Assembly (NCBI GenBank): GCA_963976765.1
Contig: CAXBME010000021.1
Coordinates: forward strand, 62,001-126,000
Direction of reading: 5' to 3'
Length of the DNA: 64,000 nt
Source: an uncultured Planctomycetaceae bacterium
GTDB taxonomy: Bacteria > Planctomycetota > Planctomycetia > Planctomycetales > Planctomycetaceae
Shown: one piece after another, positions 18,166-28,116 of the stretch
How positions within the stretch are numbered: the first letter of the stretch is position 1
Layout: each line of letters opens with the position of its first letter
Made by a program: the position numbers and the translations under genes
The notes under the pieces: generated by a model
What the model saw: only the letters and a program-made list of their open reading frames with translations
Told to the model about the DNA's origin: nothing
The model's database searches: none

Positions 18166-19314
18166 TCAGGCCGCAACTTCAGACGAACTCTGAGTGTCGC
18201 TGGCGAGTTCTTCATAGAGGTGAAGAGTCTGCTCAAGCATTTCTGCGAGCGTGAACTGCGCCACCGGTGGAACGACGGTCTGATCGTTTAGCAACTGAGT
18301 CGCTCGGACCGTCAGCGCGTGACAATTCCCAACGGGAATGGCCCCCTCTGGAAACACGGCATTCAGAATCTCACCGACACCGCCGTGTGAATATCCCACA
18401 ACTGGAGTTCCCAGATTCAAAGCTTCCAGCACAGTTCGCCCGAAGGATTCCGGTTTGGACGACAGCGAAAAGACGAGATCAGAGACCGCGTAAAACTCTT
18501 TCATGTCCGATCGGTGGCCGGTAAATGTGACGTCGTCGCCGAGCCCCAGCTTCGCCGCCGCGTTTCTGATTTCGTCCGCGTATCGCTGCTTGCGCCGGTC
18601 CACCCCGCCGACAATCACCCCGTGTGCGTCCACGCCCGATTCACGCACGGCTGACAGCATCTTTAGAAAATCGAGATGCCCCTTCAATCGCGTCATCCGC
18701 CCCGGCAATGTCAACAGTCGCTTGCCGACCAGACATGGCCAGTCATCGTGAAAATTTCGGAGCCACTCATCCGGCGGCTGATACCCGTGTGGAAACTCCG
18801 CTGAATCGACACCTCGATAGATGGTGCGAATTCGCTGTTCAGGCGTCTGCGGATAGTTCGCCCGGATGTAGTCCCGAATCGTCCCGGAAACGGCGATTAC
18901 CCGATCGCCACGAGTCATGATCCTGCTGAACTGACTAACTGAATACTGCCCGTGGACGGTCGTCACAAACTTCGGGCGCTGCGATTCAGGGATCTTTCGT
19001 AACGCCAGCCACGCGACCCAGGCCGGCACACGAGACCGGGCGTGCACAATATCGACGTTCTGCTCGATGATCAGTTTTCGCAGCCAGCCAACCCTCCGTA
19101 GCGTCAAAGGCGACTTCTTCCCGACGGAAGCGGCAAAGTGCAGGCTGCCAGCTTCTTCCAATGGCTCAACCATCCGCCCGCCGCCGGAAACCACCAGAGA
19201 TCGATGCCCGCGTCGAACAATCTCCGCCCCGACCTCCAGCGTGCCGCGCTCGACACCACCCGAGTCCAGCTCAGGCAGAATCTGCAGAATAGTCAGCGGC
19301 GAACAAGGCATCAT
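18166..19314 (-). CDS. Glycosyltransferase family 4
   Basis: Motifs SGGVERG, IVHARSRVPAW, VTTVHG, VIAVS, PGRMTRLKG, KPESFGRTVLEA (ExFGxxxxEA). Confidence 0.92.
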   Translation of the reverse strand: MMPCSPLTILQILPELDSGGVERGTLEVGAEIVRRGHRSLVVSGGGRMVEPLEEAGSLHFAASVGKKSPLTLRRVGWLRKLIIEQNVDIVHARSRVPAWVAWLALRKIPESQRPKFVTTVHGQYSVSQFSRIMTRGDRVIAVSGTIRDYIRANYPQTPEQRIRTIYRGVDSAEFPHGYQPPDEWLRNFHDDWPCLVGKRLLTLPGRMTRLKGHLDFLKMLSAVRESGVDAHGVIVGGVDRRKQRYADEIRNAAAKLGLGDDVTFTGHRSDMKEFYAVSDLVFSLSSKPESFGRTVLEALNLGTPVVGYSHGGVGEILNAVFPEGAIPVGNCHALTVRATQLLNDQTVVPPVAQFTLAEMLEQTLHLYEELASDTQSSSEVAA

Positions 19315-19728
19315 CCAGCCCCTTGGAAAATTCCATCGTCTTTATGTCGGCACGAAATATCGCCACAAAGCTCAGACGAGTGAACGCCGGGAAACGCACG
19401 CTTGCGCTTCGCACGAGTAGCGAGAACAGGATCCTTGAGAATATGGTCGTAGCCGCAGACGGTATCCGAGCGTGCCGAAACCGGTCAACGCCGGCCTTTT
19501 GCCTTTCCAGAATTATCGGCTGTACCGATTAATCCAGCCGACTCGCAACGACTTCCCAGGAGCCGTCGGGCCAAAGCGTCGCGACTCCCCAAATCGACAG
19601 CAGATTCCGGCGGTGCCGCTCAGACCTCGACCTATAGTCAAAGCAGTGTGGATCAGAGTGCGCGCGGCACTTTGATTCACGGTCCGATTCCCGTTTGGGA
19701 GTTTCTGCTGGTCGTTCGAGGTTTACCG

Positions 19729-21054
19729 ATGGGCAACTCGCCGCTGTCAGGCCTTGCCTTCACGCTGTTCTGTTTAACAACGGCGACGATGATTCTGCGC
19801 CCCGGGGAAATGGTCACGGCCCTCGCACCGATCCCGTTTTATGAAGTTCTGATCCTCAGCACACTGGTCATGGCTCACCAGGGAGTGTTCCAGCATTTCA
19901 AGATTGACTCACTCAAACGGCAGCCAGTCGCGTTGTGCCTGGTTGGCGTTTTCGTCGCGATCCCCATTTCACACCTGACGCACGCTTACCTCGGCGGCAC
20001 ATTGCACAGCACGATCGAATTCACCAAGGGAGCCATGTTGTTCGTGTTGCTGGTGGTTGTCGTTGACCGATGGAGCCGTTTCGAAAGACTCGCTCAGGTT
20101 GTCGCCGTGTGCGCCAGCTTCGTCGTCTTCCTGTGCGTCATCGACTACCTGGGCGTTGTCGACTTTCCGTTTATCAAGCACGCCGAAGAAAACTACGGCC
20201 AGCGAGCAGACGGACACAACATCCGCATCGCCCGCATGAACGGAACGGGCATCTTCTCCGACCCGAACGACATCTCGCTGCTCATCGTGGCGACGGCGAT
20301 GATCTGCCTCTCGTTTCTGATGGATAAGACTCGGTCGGCAACTCGCTTTGCCTGGGCCGTTCCGATCGTCGTCCTTGTCACCGGCCTGACCTGTACGCGT
20401 TCCCGCGGCGGGATGCTGGCCGCCTGCGCCGCCATCGGCATCATGCTGATGTTCCGCTACGGCAAAAAAGTCGCCATCGGTCTCGGCTGCTTGGGAATGC
20501 TGGCACTGCCCGTCATTGCCGGACGACAGGCCAACATCGACCTCTCTGAGGGAACGGGCCACGACCGCATCCTTCTCTGGCGAGACGGTCTGGCAGCTCT
20601 TCGATCAAAAGATCTGTTCTTCGGAACTGGACAGGGCAGTTACGAAGACATCGCCGGACTGGTCGCTCACAACTCGTACATCCACGCCTTCGTCGAACTT
20701 GGACTGTTCGGCGGAACGTTTTTCTTCGGCATGTTTTTTTTCAGTGCGCTGGCCCTGTTTCGATTGAACACGCCGGAGTGGCAGATCCTGAATCCGAAGC
20801 AGGCTCGCTTTCTGCCTTACATGGCGGCGATCGGAGCTGGCTATGCCGTCGGCCTGCTGTCTCTTTCGCGATGTTATACGGTGTCGACACTGCTGATCAT
20901 CGCCCTGGGAACAGCCTTTCTGAATCTGGCCGGATGGAATCTGCACCCGCGCCGCCCCGTCCTTGTGTGGGACAAACCTCACATCACAAAGCTGCTCGCC
21001 GCCAGCGCGTGCATGTTTATTGCCTGCAATATTTTCGTCCGGATCGTCTCCTAG
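19729..21054 (+). CDS. O-antigen ligase / Wzy polymerase family membrane protein
   Basis: Many TM helices; RMNGTGIFSDPND, TRSRGG, FFGTGQGSY, AHNSYIHAFVELGLFG. Confidence 0.85.
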   Translation: MGNSPLSGLAFTLFCLTTATMILRPGEMVTALAPIPFYEVLILSTLVMAHQGVFQHFKIDSLKRQPVALCLVGVFVAIPISHLTHAYLGGTLHSTIEFTKGAMLFVLLVVVVDRWSRFERLAQVVAVCASFVVFLCVIDYLGVVDFPFIKHAEENYGQRADGHNIRIARMNGTGIFSDPNDISLLIVATAMICLSFLMDKTRSATRFAWAVPIVVLVTGLTCTRSRGGMLAACAAIGIMLMFRYGKKVAIGLGCLGMLALPVIAGRQANIDLSEGTGHDRILLWRDGLAALRSKDLFFGTGQGSYEDIAGLVAHNSYIHAFVELGLFGGTFFFGMFFFSALALFRLNTPEWQILNPKQARFLPYMAAIGAGYAVGLLSLSRCYTVSTLLIIALGTAFLNLAGWNLHPRRPVLVWDKPHITKLLAASACMFIACNIFVRIVS

Positions 21055-21094
21055 TTCACATCCCGGATGTGTGCTCAGCCAGTCTGACCGACTC

Positions 21095-22576
21095 ATGAAA
21101 TACAAACTCAAAATCAATCTGCTCGCGAGCTGGGGCGACCACGTCGTCGGCATCCTCATCGGGCTGTTCCTGATGCCGTACGTTCTGAACACCGTCGGCG
21201 ATGAGCAGTACGGATTGTGGTTGTTCATCTGCTCGTTCGCGGGCTACTCCGGATTGCTGAATCTTGGCTTTGGAGAAACCGTCACGCGATTCGTCGCTCA
21301 TCACCACGCCAAAGAAGAGACGACCAAAATCAATCAGGTCGTGTCGGTTATCGGCGCCGTTTATCTCGGCATGAGCGTCGTGCTTGTCTGTCTGGCCGCC
21401 GTTCTTGCCTGGCTCGCCCCCTGGCTCTACGACTGGGGCACAACTTCCATCACAGAAGTCCGTTGGGTCATCGTTCTGCTGGGAGCGAACGTTGCCATCG
21501 GCATGCTGGGCAGTGTCTTTGGCGGCGTAATTATCGGCCTGCAAAGGATCGACCTGGAACGAGGCTTTCGAACGATCGCCGGCCTCGCACGCCTGGCGCT
21601 GACCGTCTTTCTGCTGCAGCGCGAGTACGCCTTGCTCACGCTTGCAACGATCTTCCTGCTGACAACGATCGTCGAAAATGCCTGCTATCTGACCGTCGTC
21701 TTTCGACAGTTGCCTGGACTGCGGTTCGGTCGGAGATTTCTCAACCGCGAAACCTTCAAAGAGTGCTTTGGGTTCAGCATCTATGCCCTGCTGGAAAACC
21801 TCGCCAGCCGCCTGATCGACGCCACAGATACGATCGTCATCGGTGTGATGCTCGGAACCCGATACATCATTCCGTATTTCGTCGCGCACCGACTGATGAC
21901 AGTCATTGTGCAACCGCTGCAGATGATCGGCTCCATTGTCATGCCGCGCGGCGCAGAACTTGGCGCCAACGAGAACCACGAAAACCTGCGAATGCTCGTT
22001 CAGAAAGGTCTGGGCGTTTCATTCCTGCTGACGGGCGGTTTTTTCATTGGAGCATGGTTCTTCGGCGGTGTCGTGCTGGAAACATGGCTCAGCCGGACAT
22101 ACGAACAAAGTCATCTGATTCTTCTGATCCTGCTCGGTGCCCAGGTTGTCGCCACACCGATCCACGTTCTGAGAGGCGTCCTGTTCGGAATGGGGCACGT
22201 CAAAGTTCCGGCGCTGTTCTACTTCGTCGAAGCCATCCTGAATCTCATTCTGACTTTGATTCTGATCAAGCCTTTCGGAATCGTTGGCGTGGCGATGGGA
22301 ACTGCCATTCCAATCATCCTGGTCGAGCTGTGCGTCATGCTGCCTTACGCACTGTCGCTTCTGCATTTCCGGAAATCCCAATTCTTCCAGGGCGTCGTCA
22401 TCCCTCAAGTGCTGCCTTTGACCGCGCTGTGGGGATACTCGTTCGCCGTTGGCGTGACCTTCGTGATTTCGCCTTCGTGGATTCCCGTCCTGCTTGTCGC
22501 AGGCGGCGGTGGCATCGTCCTGGCGGCGGCGTGGCTGGCCAGTCATTTCGCGACAAAGAAGTGGCTGCCGGCATAA
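21095..22576 (+). CDS. Wzx-type polysaccharide flippase (MOP superfamily)
   Basis: About 14 TM helices; LMPYVLNTVGDEQYGLW, LLNLGF, DTIVIG, FGIVGVAMGT. Confidence 0.88.
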   Translation: MKYKLKINLLASWGDHVVGILIGLFLMPYVLNTVGDEQYGLWLFICSFAGYSGLLNLGFGETVTRFVAHHHAKEETTKINQVVSVIGAVYLGMSVVLVCLAAVLAWLAPWLYDWGTTSITEVRWVIVLLGANVAIGMLGSVFGGVIIGLQRIDLERGFRTIAGLARLALTVFLLQREYALLTLATIFLLTTIVENACYLTVVFRQLPGLRFGRRFLNRETFKECFGFSIYALLENLASRLIDATDTIVIGVMLGTRYIIPYFVAHRLMTVIVQPLQMIGSIVMPRGAELGANENHENLRMLVQKGLGVSFLLTGGFFIGAWFFGGVVLETWLSRTYEQSHLILLILLGAQVVATPIHVLRGVLFGMGHVKVPALFYFVEAILNLILTLILIKPFGIVGVAMGTAIPIILVELCVMLPYALSLLHFRKSQFFQGVVIPQVLPLTALWGYSFAVGVTFVISPSWIPVLLVAGGGGIVLAAAWLASHFATKKWLPA

Positions 22577-22671
22577 CTCAAAAATACAGGGCCAGGCTCA
22601 GCCGACCGGTGGGAACCGGCCTTCCGAAATCTCAACTTCGCAATCCAAAGTAACGCCAATTCGAGTCCTCT

Positions 22672-23844
22672 ATGACAACCACCGCTCAAACATTGCTCGG
22701 AACAAACAGCGTCGCGCCAACCGCGAAGAATCTTTCACTGGGGATGCGTCCGTCGTCCGACCGTGCTGAGGCTCTTCAACTCTGGACCGAACTGGAACAG
22801 CGAATCGGTCATCTCGGGTTGACGTGCTCAGCGGACTGGACTGAAGCCTGGCTGAACGCGTACGGAGATCTGGTTCCGCACACGTTTCTGCTGGCACGCG
22901 ATTCCGAAACGTCCACACTGCAGGGCATCTGCCTGGTCTGCGAAGGTGTCGGACAGAAGGACGGACCACTCGGCATCCGAACGCTGCACATTGGCACTGC
23001 GGGAGAGCCGGAAGCCGATTCGGTTTGTGTCGAATACAACCGGCTACTCATCGCTCCCGAATTCGAAGCTGCCTTTGCTGGCCTGATCGTCGATCATCTG
23101 GAAAGTCGGCGAGGCTTTGACCAGTGGAATATCGACGGCATCGCGACTGCCAAACTCGCCGCCTTCCATCAGCACGAAACAGACCTGCAACTTCGAGTCG
23201 AACCAGCATACGGATTCGACTTTGAAAAAGCTCGAACCAATAAGACGGACATTCTCGCGCAGTTTAAGAGTACGACCCGCCGAAAAATTAAACGCAGCAT
23301 GCAGGCGTGGGATGATCTTTCAGTCGAGTGGGCAGGGACACTCAACGAAGCCGTCGACGCTTTCAACGAAATGGTCGAGCTTCATCAGGCACGTTGGCGT
23401 TCCGCCGGAAAACCGGGAGCGTACAGCAGCAAACGCTTCACCGCCTTTCATGAAGAACTGCTGAGCAAACTCGTCCCGCTGGGGCGCATGGCATTTGTCC
23501 GGGTTCGATCCGGGGAAGACACGATCGGAATCGTTCAACTCTTCATCGAGCACCGCCGTGCCCTGCTCTATCAGTGCGGTCGACGCCTCACGGACAACAC
23601 TCGCAGTCCCGGCGTCGTCGTCGACTATCTCGCGATGGAAGAGTGTCTGAAACAAGACCTCGACGCGTACGACTTTCTGGCGTTCGCCACTCAGCATAAA
23701 CGGCAGCTTGCCAACATGAGCACCGACATCGTGTGGGCAAAAAAGCAACACCCGCGACTGAAGTTCGTCGTGGTCGATCAGGCCCGGCGAATCAAGACCT
23801 GGCTCCGCGAACGGAAAAACAAACAGACCGGGAATCAGAAATAG
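22672..23844 (+). CDS. CelD/BcsL-like GNAT acyltransferase 1
   Basis: Motifs SADWTEAW, EYNRLL, FKSTTRRKIKR, LHQARW, FTAFH, SPG, YDFL, HK. Confidence 0.85.
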   Translation: MTTTAQTLLGTNSVAPTAKNLSLGMRPSSDRAEALQLWTELEQRIGHLGLTCSADWTEAWLNAYGDLVPHTFLLARDSETSTLQGICLVCEGVGQKDGPLGIRTLHIGTAGEPEADSVCVEYNRLLIAPEFEAAFAGLIVDHLESRRGFDQWNIDGIATAKLAAFHQHETDLQLRVEPAYGFDFEKARTNKTDILAQFKSTTRRKIKRSMQAWDDLSVEWAGTLNEAVDAFNEMVELHQARWRSAGKPGAYSSKRFTAFHEELLSKLVPLGRMAFVRVRSGEDTIGIVQLFIEHRRALLYQCGRRLTDNTRSPGVVVDYLAMEECLKQDLDAYDFLAFATQHKRQLANMSTDIVWAKKQHPRLKFVVVDQARRIKTWLRERKNKQTGNQK

Positions 23845-23898
23845 ATCGGCAGCTCACACAATCGACTCAGCAACTCTCGCCCCATCGGAAACTCAGAC

Positions 23899-25119
23899 AT
23901 GACCGAAGCTCCTACAGAAATCATGCCCGCTCTTAACATGGTTCCTGCTGCCGCCAAAACTCAGCCAGAGTTGAAGACTGGCATTCACACGATCGACGAG
24001 TCCTTCCATCGGCACTTCGCCGCAGACTACTGGGCATGGCGAGCCGTGTTCGATAGCGACGCCAGCGCAAGAATCCACCAGCACGCCGACTTCGTGCTGA
24101 CGGAACTGGGATTCTCGCGCGAACCTCAGCATCACCCCCCGACGTTGATCACCTGTCTGAACCCGAGCAAAACCGTCGGAGCGGCGGTGCTGGTTCCAAA
24201 GGCGATCGGTGGTGAAAAGAAATTCGGTCCCGCGTGGAATCTGAAAGGCTACCGGCTGGCTGGAAACAGGATGCTGGGAAGTCCCGATCCGCGCGTACAG
24301 AACTGCCTGCTCGAAGAAATCAGCAAACATCTTGCCAGGACGAAAGCCGACTTCCTGCTCATTGAAGATCTTGAGACCACCGACCCGCTGTTCGAACTGG
24401 CCAGCGAAGGCTCACACGATCTCCAACCGTTTCACCCGGTTCCAGTTCAGGCTCGACACATGATCGACCTGCCGGAAACTCACGACAAGTACTGGGCAAA
24501 GTTCAATTCGAAAACGCGCGGCAAGATTAAACGAAAATCCAAACTGCTCAGTCACTGCCGCGTCGAGCGCATCAGCAAGCCTTATCAGATTCCCGACTTT
24601 CTTGTCGCTGCACAGCAGATCTCTCGACAGACGTGGCAGAACGATCTGCTCGGTCTACGCGTTCAGAATGACGAGTTTGAGCTGCAGCTCTTCACGTTCC
24701 TCGCCACGCAGAATGCACTACGAGCTTACCTGCTCTGGGACGGCGACACACCGATCAGCTTTGTCATTGGCAATCAGTTCAATGGCGTCTTCAACTACGA
24801 AGAGGTCGGCTACAACCGCGAATACGCGAAGAATTCGCCGGGGCAGTATCTCGTCATCAGCATGCTTCAAGACATGTATGAACACGAGCGTCCGGCCGTC
24901 TTCGATTTCGGCGGCGGCCATGCAGATTACAAGCGAATGTTTGGAACGCGAGTCTCTGAAAGCGGCAACGTCTGGCTGCTTCGTCCCGGTCTGCGGTCGA
25001 AACTGATCATGGGCTACTTCAACGGACGACGCGCAATGACCCAGTCGGTGAGACGGACCCTCGACAAACTCGGCCTGCTTGACCGAATTCGAAAAATTAC
25101 CCGACGAGGCTTGAAATAG
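23899..25119 (+). CDS. CelD/BcsL-like GNAT acyltransferase 2
   Basis: Motifs IDLPETHDKYW, NSKTRGKIKR, GYNREYAKNSPG, FDFGGGHADYKRMFG. Confidence 0.87.
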   Translation: MTEAPTEIMPALNMVPAAAKTQPELKTGIHTIDESFHRHFAADYWAWRAVFDSDASARIHQHADFVLTELGFSREPQHHPPTLITCLNPSKTVGAAVLVPKAIGGEKKFGPAWNLKGYRLAGNRMLGSPDPRVQNCLLEEISKHLARTKADFLLIEDLETTDPLFELASEGSHDLQPFHPVPVQARHMIDLPETHDKYWAKFNSKTRGKIKRKSKLLSHCRVERISKPYQIPDFLVAAQQISRQTWQNDLLGLRVQNDEFELQLFTFLATQNALRAYLLWDGDTPISFVIGNQFNGVFNYEEVGYNREYAKNSPGQYLVISMLQDMYEHERPAVFDFGGGHADYKRMFGTRVSESGNVWLLRPGLRSKLIMGYFNGRRAMTQSVRRTLDKLGLLDRIRKITRRGLK

Positions 25120-25140
25120 GGGCCAGCTTTCAACCTGCAA

Positions 25141-25890
25141 ATGGTGACCGGAACCGTACCCATGGGACAACTTCGACAACTTGTCAAAAAATCGCTGGAA
25201 GCAGCGTTGCCCGAACAGGCCATGCTCTCGCGCGGTCGTCGACTGAGATCCAACGATGGAGCTGAAAGGCCAGCATCGTGCGTCGTCAGCCTGACATTTG
25301 ACGACGGCCCGCATCCCGAGTACACGCCTCGACTGCTTGACAACCTGGCAACAGCCGACATTAAGGGAACGTTTTTCATCGTTGGCGAGAAGGCCGAACG
25401 GCACCCGGACATCGTAAGGCGCATCGCTGACGAAGGTCACGAAATTGGCAATCATACCTGGACTCACAGCGAGCCTCGGAAAACGTCCACGAATTCGTTT
25501 CGCGGTGAAGTTGCCAGAACCAACGACCTGATCCTGAACCTGACTGGTCGCCAATGCCGACTGACCCGACCGCCCAAAGGCGAGCTAACGCCGGGCAAAA
25601 TCCTCGCTCTGCTCAAGCTGCGTCAAACCATCGTTCTATGGAACCGCGACACCAGGGATTATCGGATGGAGTCGTGGTCGGACATGGAAACCTGGTGTCA
25701 GAATTTCACACCAGAGCACGGCGACGTCGTATTGATGCATGACAACCATTCATTTGCCGCTACAGCCGCCGCGCTGGCCGGCACACTGCCCAACATGGCT
25801 GGTGTCAAATTCTGCCACGTTTCTGACTGGCTGCGGAATTCCCGTCGCGACAACAGACACAAAACTCAGGTCAGCGGGAGGCAATCATGA
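25141..25890 (+). CDS. Polysaccharide deacetylase (CE4/NodB); start may be 25162
   Basis: Motifs [34 protein letters not shown]. Confidence 0.92.
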   Translation: MVTGTVPMGQLRQLVKKSLEAALPEQAMLSRGRRLRSNDGAERPASCVVSLTFDDGPHPEYTPRLLDNLATADIKGTFFIVGEKAERHPDIVRRIADEGHEIGNHTWTHSEPRKTSTNSFRGEVARTNDLILNLTGRQCRLTRPPKGELTPGKILALLKLRQTIVLWNRDTRDYRMESWSDMETWCQNFTPEHGDVVLMHDNHSFAATAAALAGTLPNMAGVKFCHVSDWLRNSRRDNRHKTQVSGRQS

Positions 25891-27152
25891 TGTTCTGGAT
25901 AATCGCCAGCCTGACAGTCTCCATTCTGGTAATCGAAACCGCCCTCGTCGCCTGGGTCGTTCGCAGAAAACACCTCGATCGCTGGCTGCCGAGCTACCTC
26001 TTCGGCATGGCGAGCTGTCCTCGGCTGAACCTGCCAGACGTGCGTGCCGAATCGCTCGAAGCATCCTCAAAGGATGAAGAAGTCGTCACGCAGATTTCCG
26101 GACACCAGACTCCGTGGGAACGATACGTCAACGACGAGCCGCTCGATGTTTTCATCGCGGTGTGCGACCACTTCGAACCAGACAACGCCAGACCAGCTCG
26201 CCACGTCGCGGATGCGCGCATGCAACGATGGTGTGCCGACTACCCGAAACTCTTTGGCGGCTTTGAAGACAGCAGCGGTCGGCCACCTCAGCATTCGTTC
26301 TTCTACCCACAGGATGAATACTTCGTCCCGGAATACCTCGATCAACTGAAAGAACTTTGCGAAGCCGGCTTCGGCGACGTCGAAATTCACCTTCACCACG
26401 ATGACGACACCGAAGACGGACTCCGTGAGAAACTGGAATCGTTTCGCGAAACCTTGTTCCACCGTCACGGTCTGCTCAGGCGAGACCCGGTTACCAATGA
26501 AATCGTTTACGGATTCATCCACGGAAACTGGGCGTTGTGCAACTCCCGGCCGGACGGTCGCTGGTGCGGAGTCAACGACGAGCTGACCATCCTGCGGGAA
26601 ACCGGCTGCTACGCTGACTTCACGATGCCGTCCGCTCCCGAGTTCACTCAGACCCGCATCATCAACAGCCTCTACTACGCCAGCAGCAACGCTAAGCGGC
26701 CGAAGTCACATGACCGGGGAACCGCTGCTACGCTCGGCGTCGCTCCGCCTCTGAAACATTTGCTGATGGTCCAGGGTCCGCTGACACTCGACTGGCAGAA
26801 CCGAACTCGTGGCGTCATGCCGCGTATCGAAAACGGAGACCTGCTGCATCGACGTCCGCCAACCATGCAGCGGCTCGAACAGTGGCTGCGTTGCGGAGTT
26901 CACGTCGGCGGTCGGCCCGACTGGTGCTTCATCAAGCTGCACACTCACGGCTGCAAGGACGGAAACATCGACACGCTGCTGGGCGAGGAGACTCAACGCT
27001 TCCATCAGGCTCTGGCCGACGAATCACGACTGCGGCCCAACTTCCGCTACCACTACGTGACCGCGTACGACATGGCAAAGCTTGTCCATCAGGCCGAGAA
27101 AGGTGCCACCGTGCCGCAACCTCACCACGCAGGCGTACCGGCCCATTTATAA
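25887..27152 (+). CDS. Membrane-anchored hypothetical protein, possibly a metal-dependent (CE4-like) carbohydrate hydrolase
   Basis: Overlaps the upstream stop (ATGA); N-terminal TM; His/Asp motifs CDHFEP, EIHLHHD, FIHGNW, YADFT, KLHTHG. Confidence 0.7.
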   Translation: MMFWIIASLTVSILVIETALVAWVVRRKHLDRWLPSYLFGMASCPRLNLPDVRAESLEASSKDEEVVTQISGHQTPWERYVNDEPLDVFIAVCDHFEPDNARPARHVADARMQRWCADYPKLFGGFEDSSGRPPQHSFFYPQDEYFVPEYLDQLKELCEAGFGDVEIHLHHDDDTEDGLREKLESFRETLFHRHGLLRRDPVTNEIVYGFIHGNWALCNSRPDGRWCGVNDELTILRETGCYADFTMPSAPEFTQTRIINSLYYASSNAKRPKSHDRGTAATLGVAPPLKHLLMVQGPLTLDWQNRTRGVMPRIENGDLLHRRPPTMQRLEQWLRCGVHVGGRPDWCFIKLHTHGCKDGNIDTLLGEETQRFHQALADESRLRPNFRYHYVTAYDMAKLVHQAEKGATVPQPHHAGVPAHL

Positions 27153-27181
27153 ACGGGACGTCTTCGCTCTCGAAAAGCTCA

Positions 27182-28051
27182 CTACGCTGCGTCGCGATCA
27201 CCGTTCGTAAACGAATCGCGAGACTGGATGATCGAACTGGCGTCGAAGCGTTCGCCGAAATAGCACTGCTGAGCGTCAGGATTGCTGAGCACTGTTTCCG
27301 CATCACCGCTCACCAGAACCGTCCCCTGGAAGATGATGTAGTTTCGGTCGGTGATGGTCAGCGTCTCGCGTTCGCGATGGTCGGTCAGCAGGATCGAGAT
27401 CCCCTGTTGACGCAAGTCGGCGATGATATCCTGAATGCTGTGAATGGTAACCGGGTCAATTCCGGTGAACGGTTCGTCGAGCAGAATCAGCACGGGATCG
27501 GTCGCGAGGCACCGGGCGATTTCCAGACGTCGCTTTTCACCCCCGGACATCGTCGACGAAATCTGCTTTCGCTTGCTGGACAGTCCAAACTGCTCAAGCA
27601 GCGTGTCAACCTTGTCATTCCGTTCGCCTTTTGACAGCGGCAGGTACTCCAGCACGGCATGGATATTCTGCTCGACAGACAGCCGCGTGAAGATACTGTG
27701 ATCCTGGGGAAGGTATCCCATGCCATTACGGGCTCGACGATACATCGGCCACATCGAAACGTCGGTGTCCCGCAGATAAACCTTACCTTCGGTTGGCGTC
27801 ACCATGCCGCAGGCCATGCGGAAGGTGGTCGTCTTACCCGCGCCGTTCGGCCCAAGAAGACCGACAATCTCGCCGGGCATGACATGAAAATCGACGCCAT
27901 CCACGGCTCGTTTTCCCGGATAGTCTTTGATAAGTCCCACGCACTCGAGAAGCCGCTGCTCGCCAACCCGGTTGCGTGCCTGACTGATCGCTGCAGAATG
28001 AGCAACCGCGTCGTCGCCCGTGGGACCAGCTTCATTCGGTGTCTGAATCAT
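27182..28051 (-). CDS. lptB: LPS export ABC transporter ATP-binding protein LptB
   Basis: Motifs GLLGPNGAGKTT, PMYRRARNGMGYLPQ, MSGGEKRRLEIARCL, LLDEPFTGIDP, ILLTDH. Confidence 0.93.
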   Translation of the reverse strand: MIQTPNEAGPTGDDAVAHSAAISQARNRVGEQRLLECVGLIKDYPGKRAVDGVDFHVMPGEIVGLLGPNGAGKTTTFRMACGMVTPTEGKVYLRDTDVSMWPMYRRARNGMGYLPQDHSIFTRLSVEQNIHAVLEYLPLSKGERNDKVDTLLEQFGLSSKRKQISSTMSGGEKRRLEIARCLATDPVLILLDEPFTGIDPVTIHSIQDIIADLRQQGISILLTDHRERETLTITDRNYIIFQGTVLVSGDAETVLSNPDAQQCYFGERFDASSIIQSRDSFTNGDRDAA

Positions 28052-28116
28052 TTCGTCCTCCCTGACGAATAAACCATCTGCCGCGTCAACCGATCGCGGG
28101 ACGCGGCGGCGGCAGC

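Noticed and set aside
21217..22653. 478-aa alternative-frame ORF overlapping the flippase
   Set aside because: Arg/Pro-rich shadow translation typical of GC-rich coding DNA, with no motifs.
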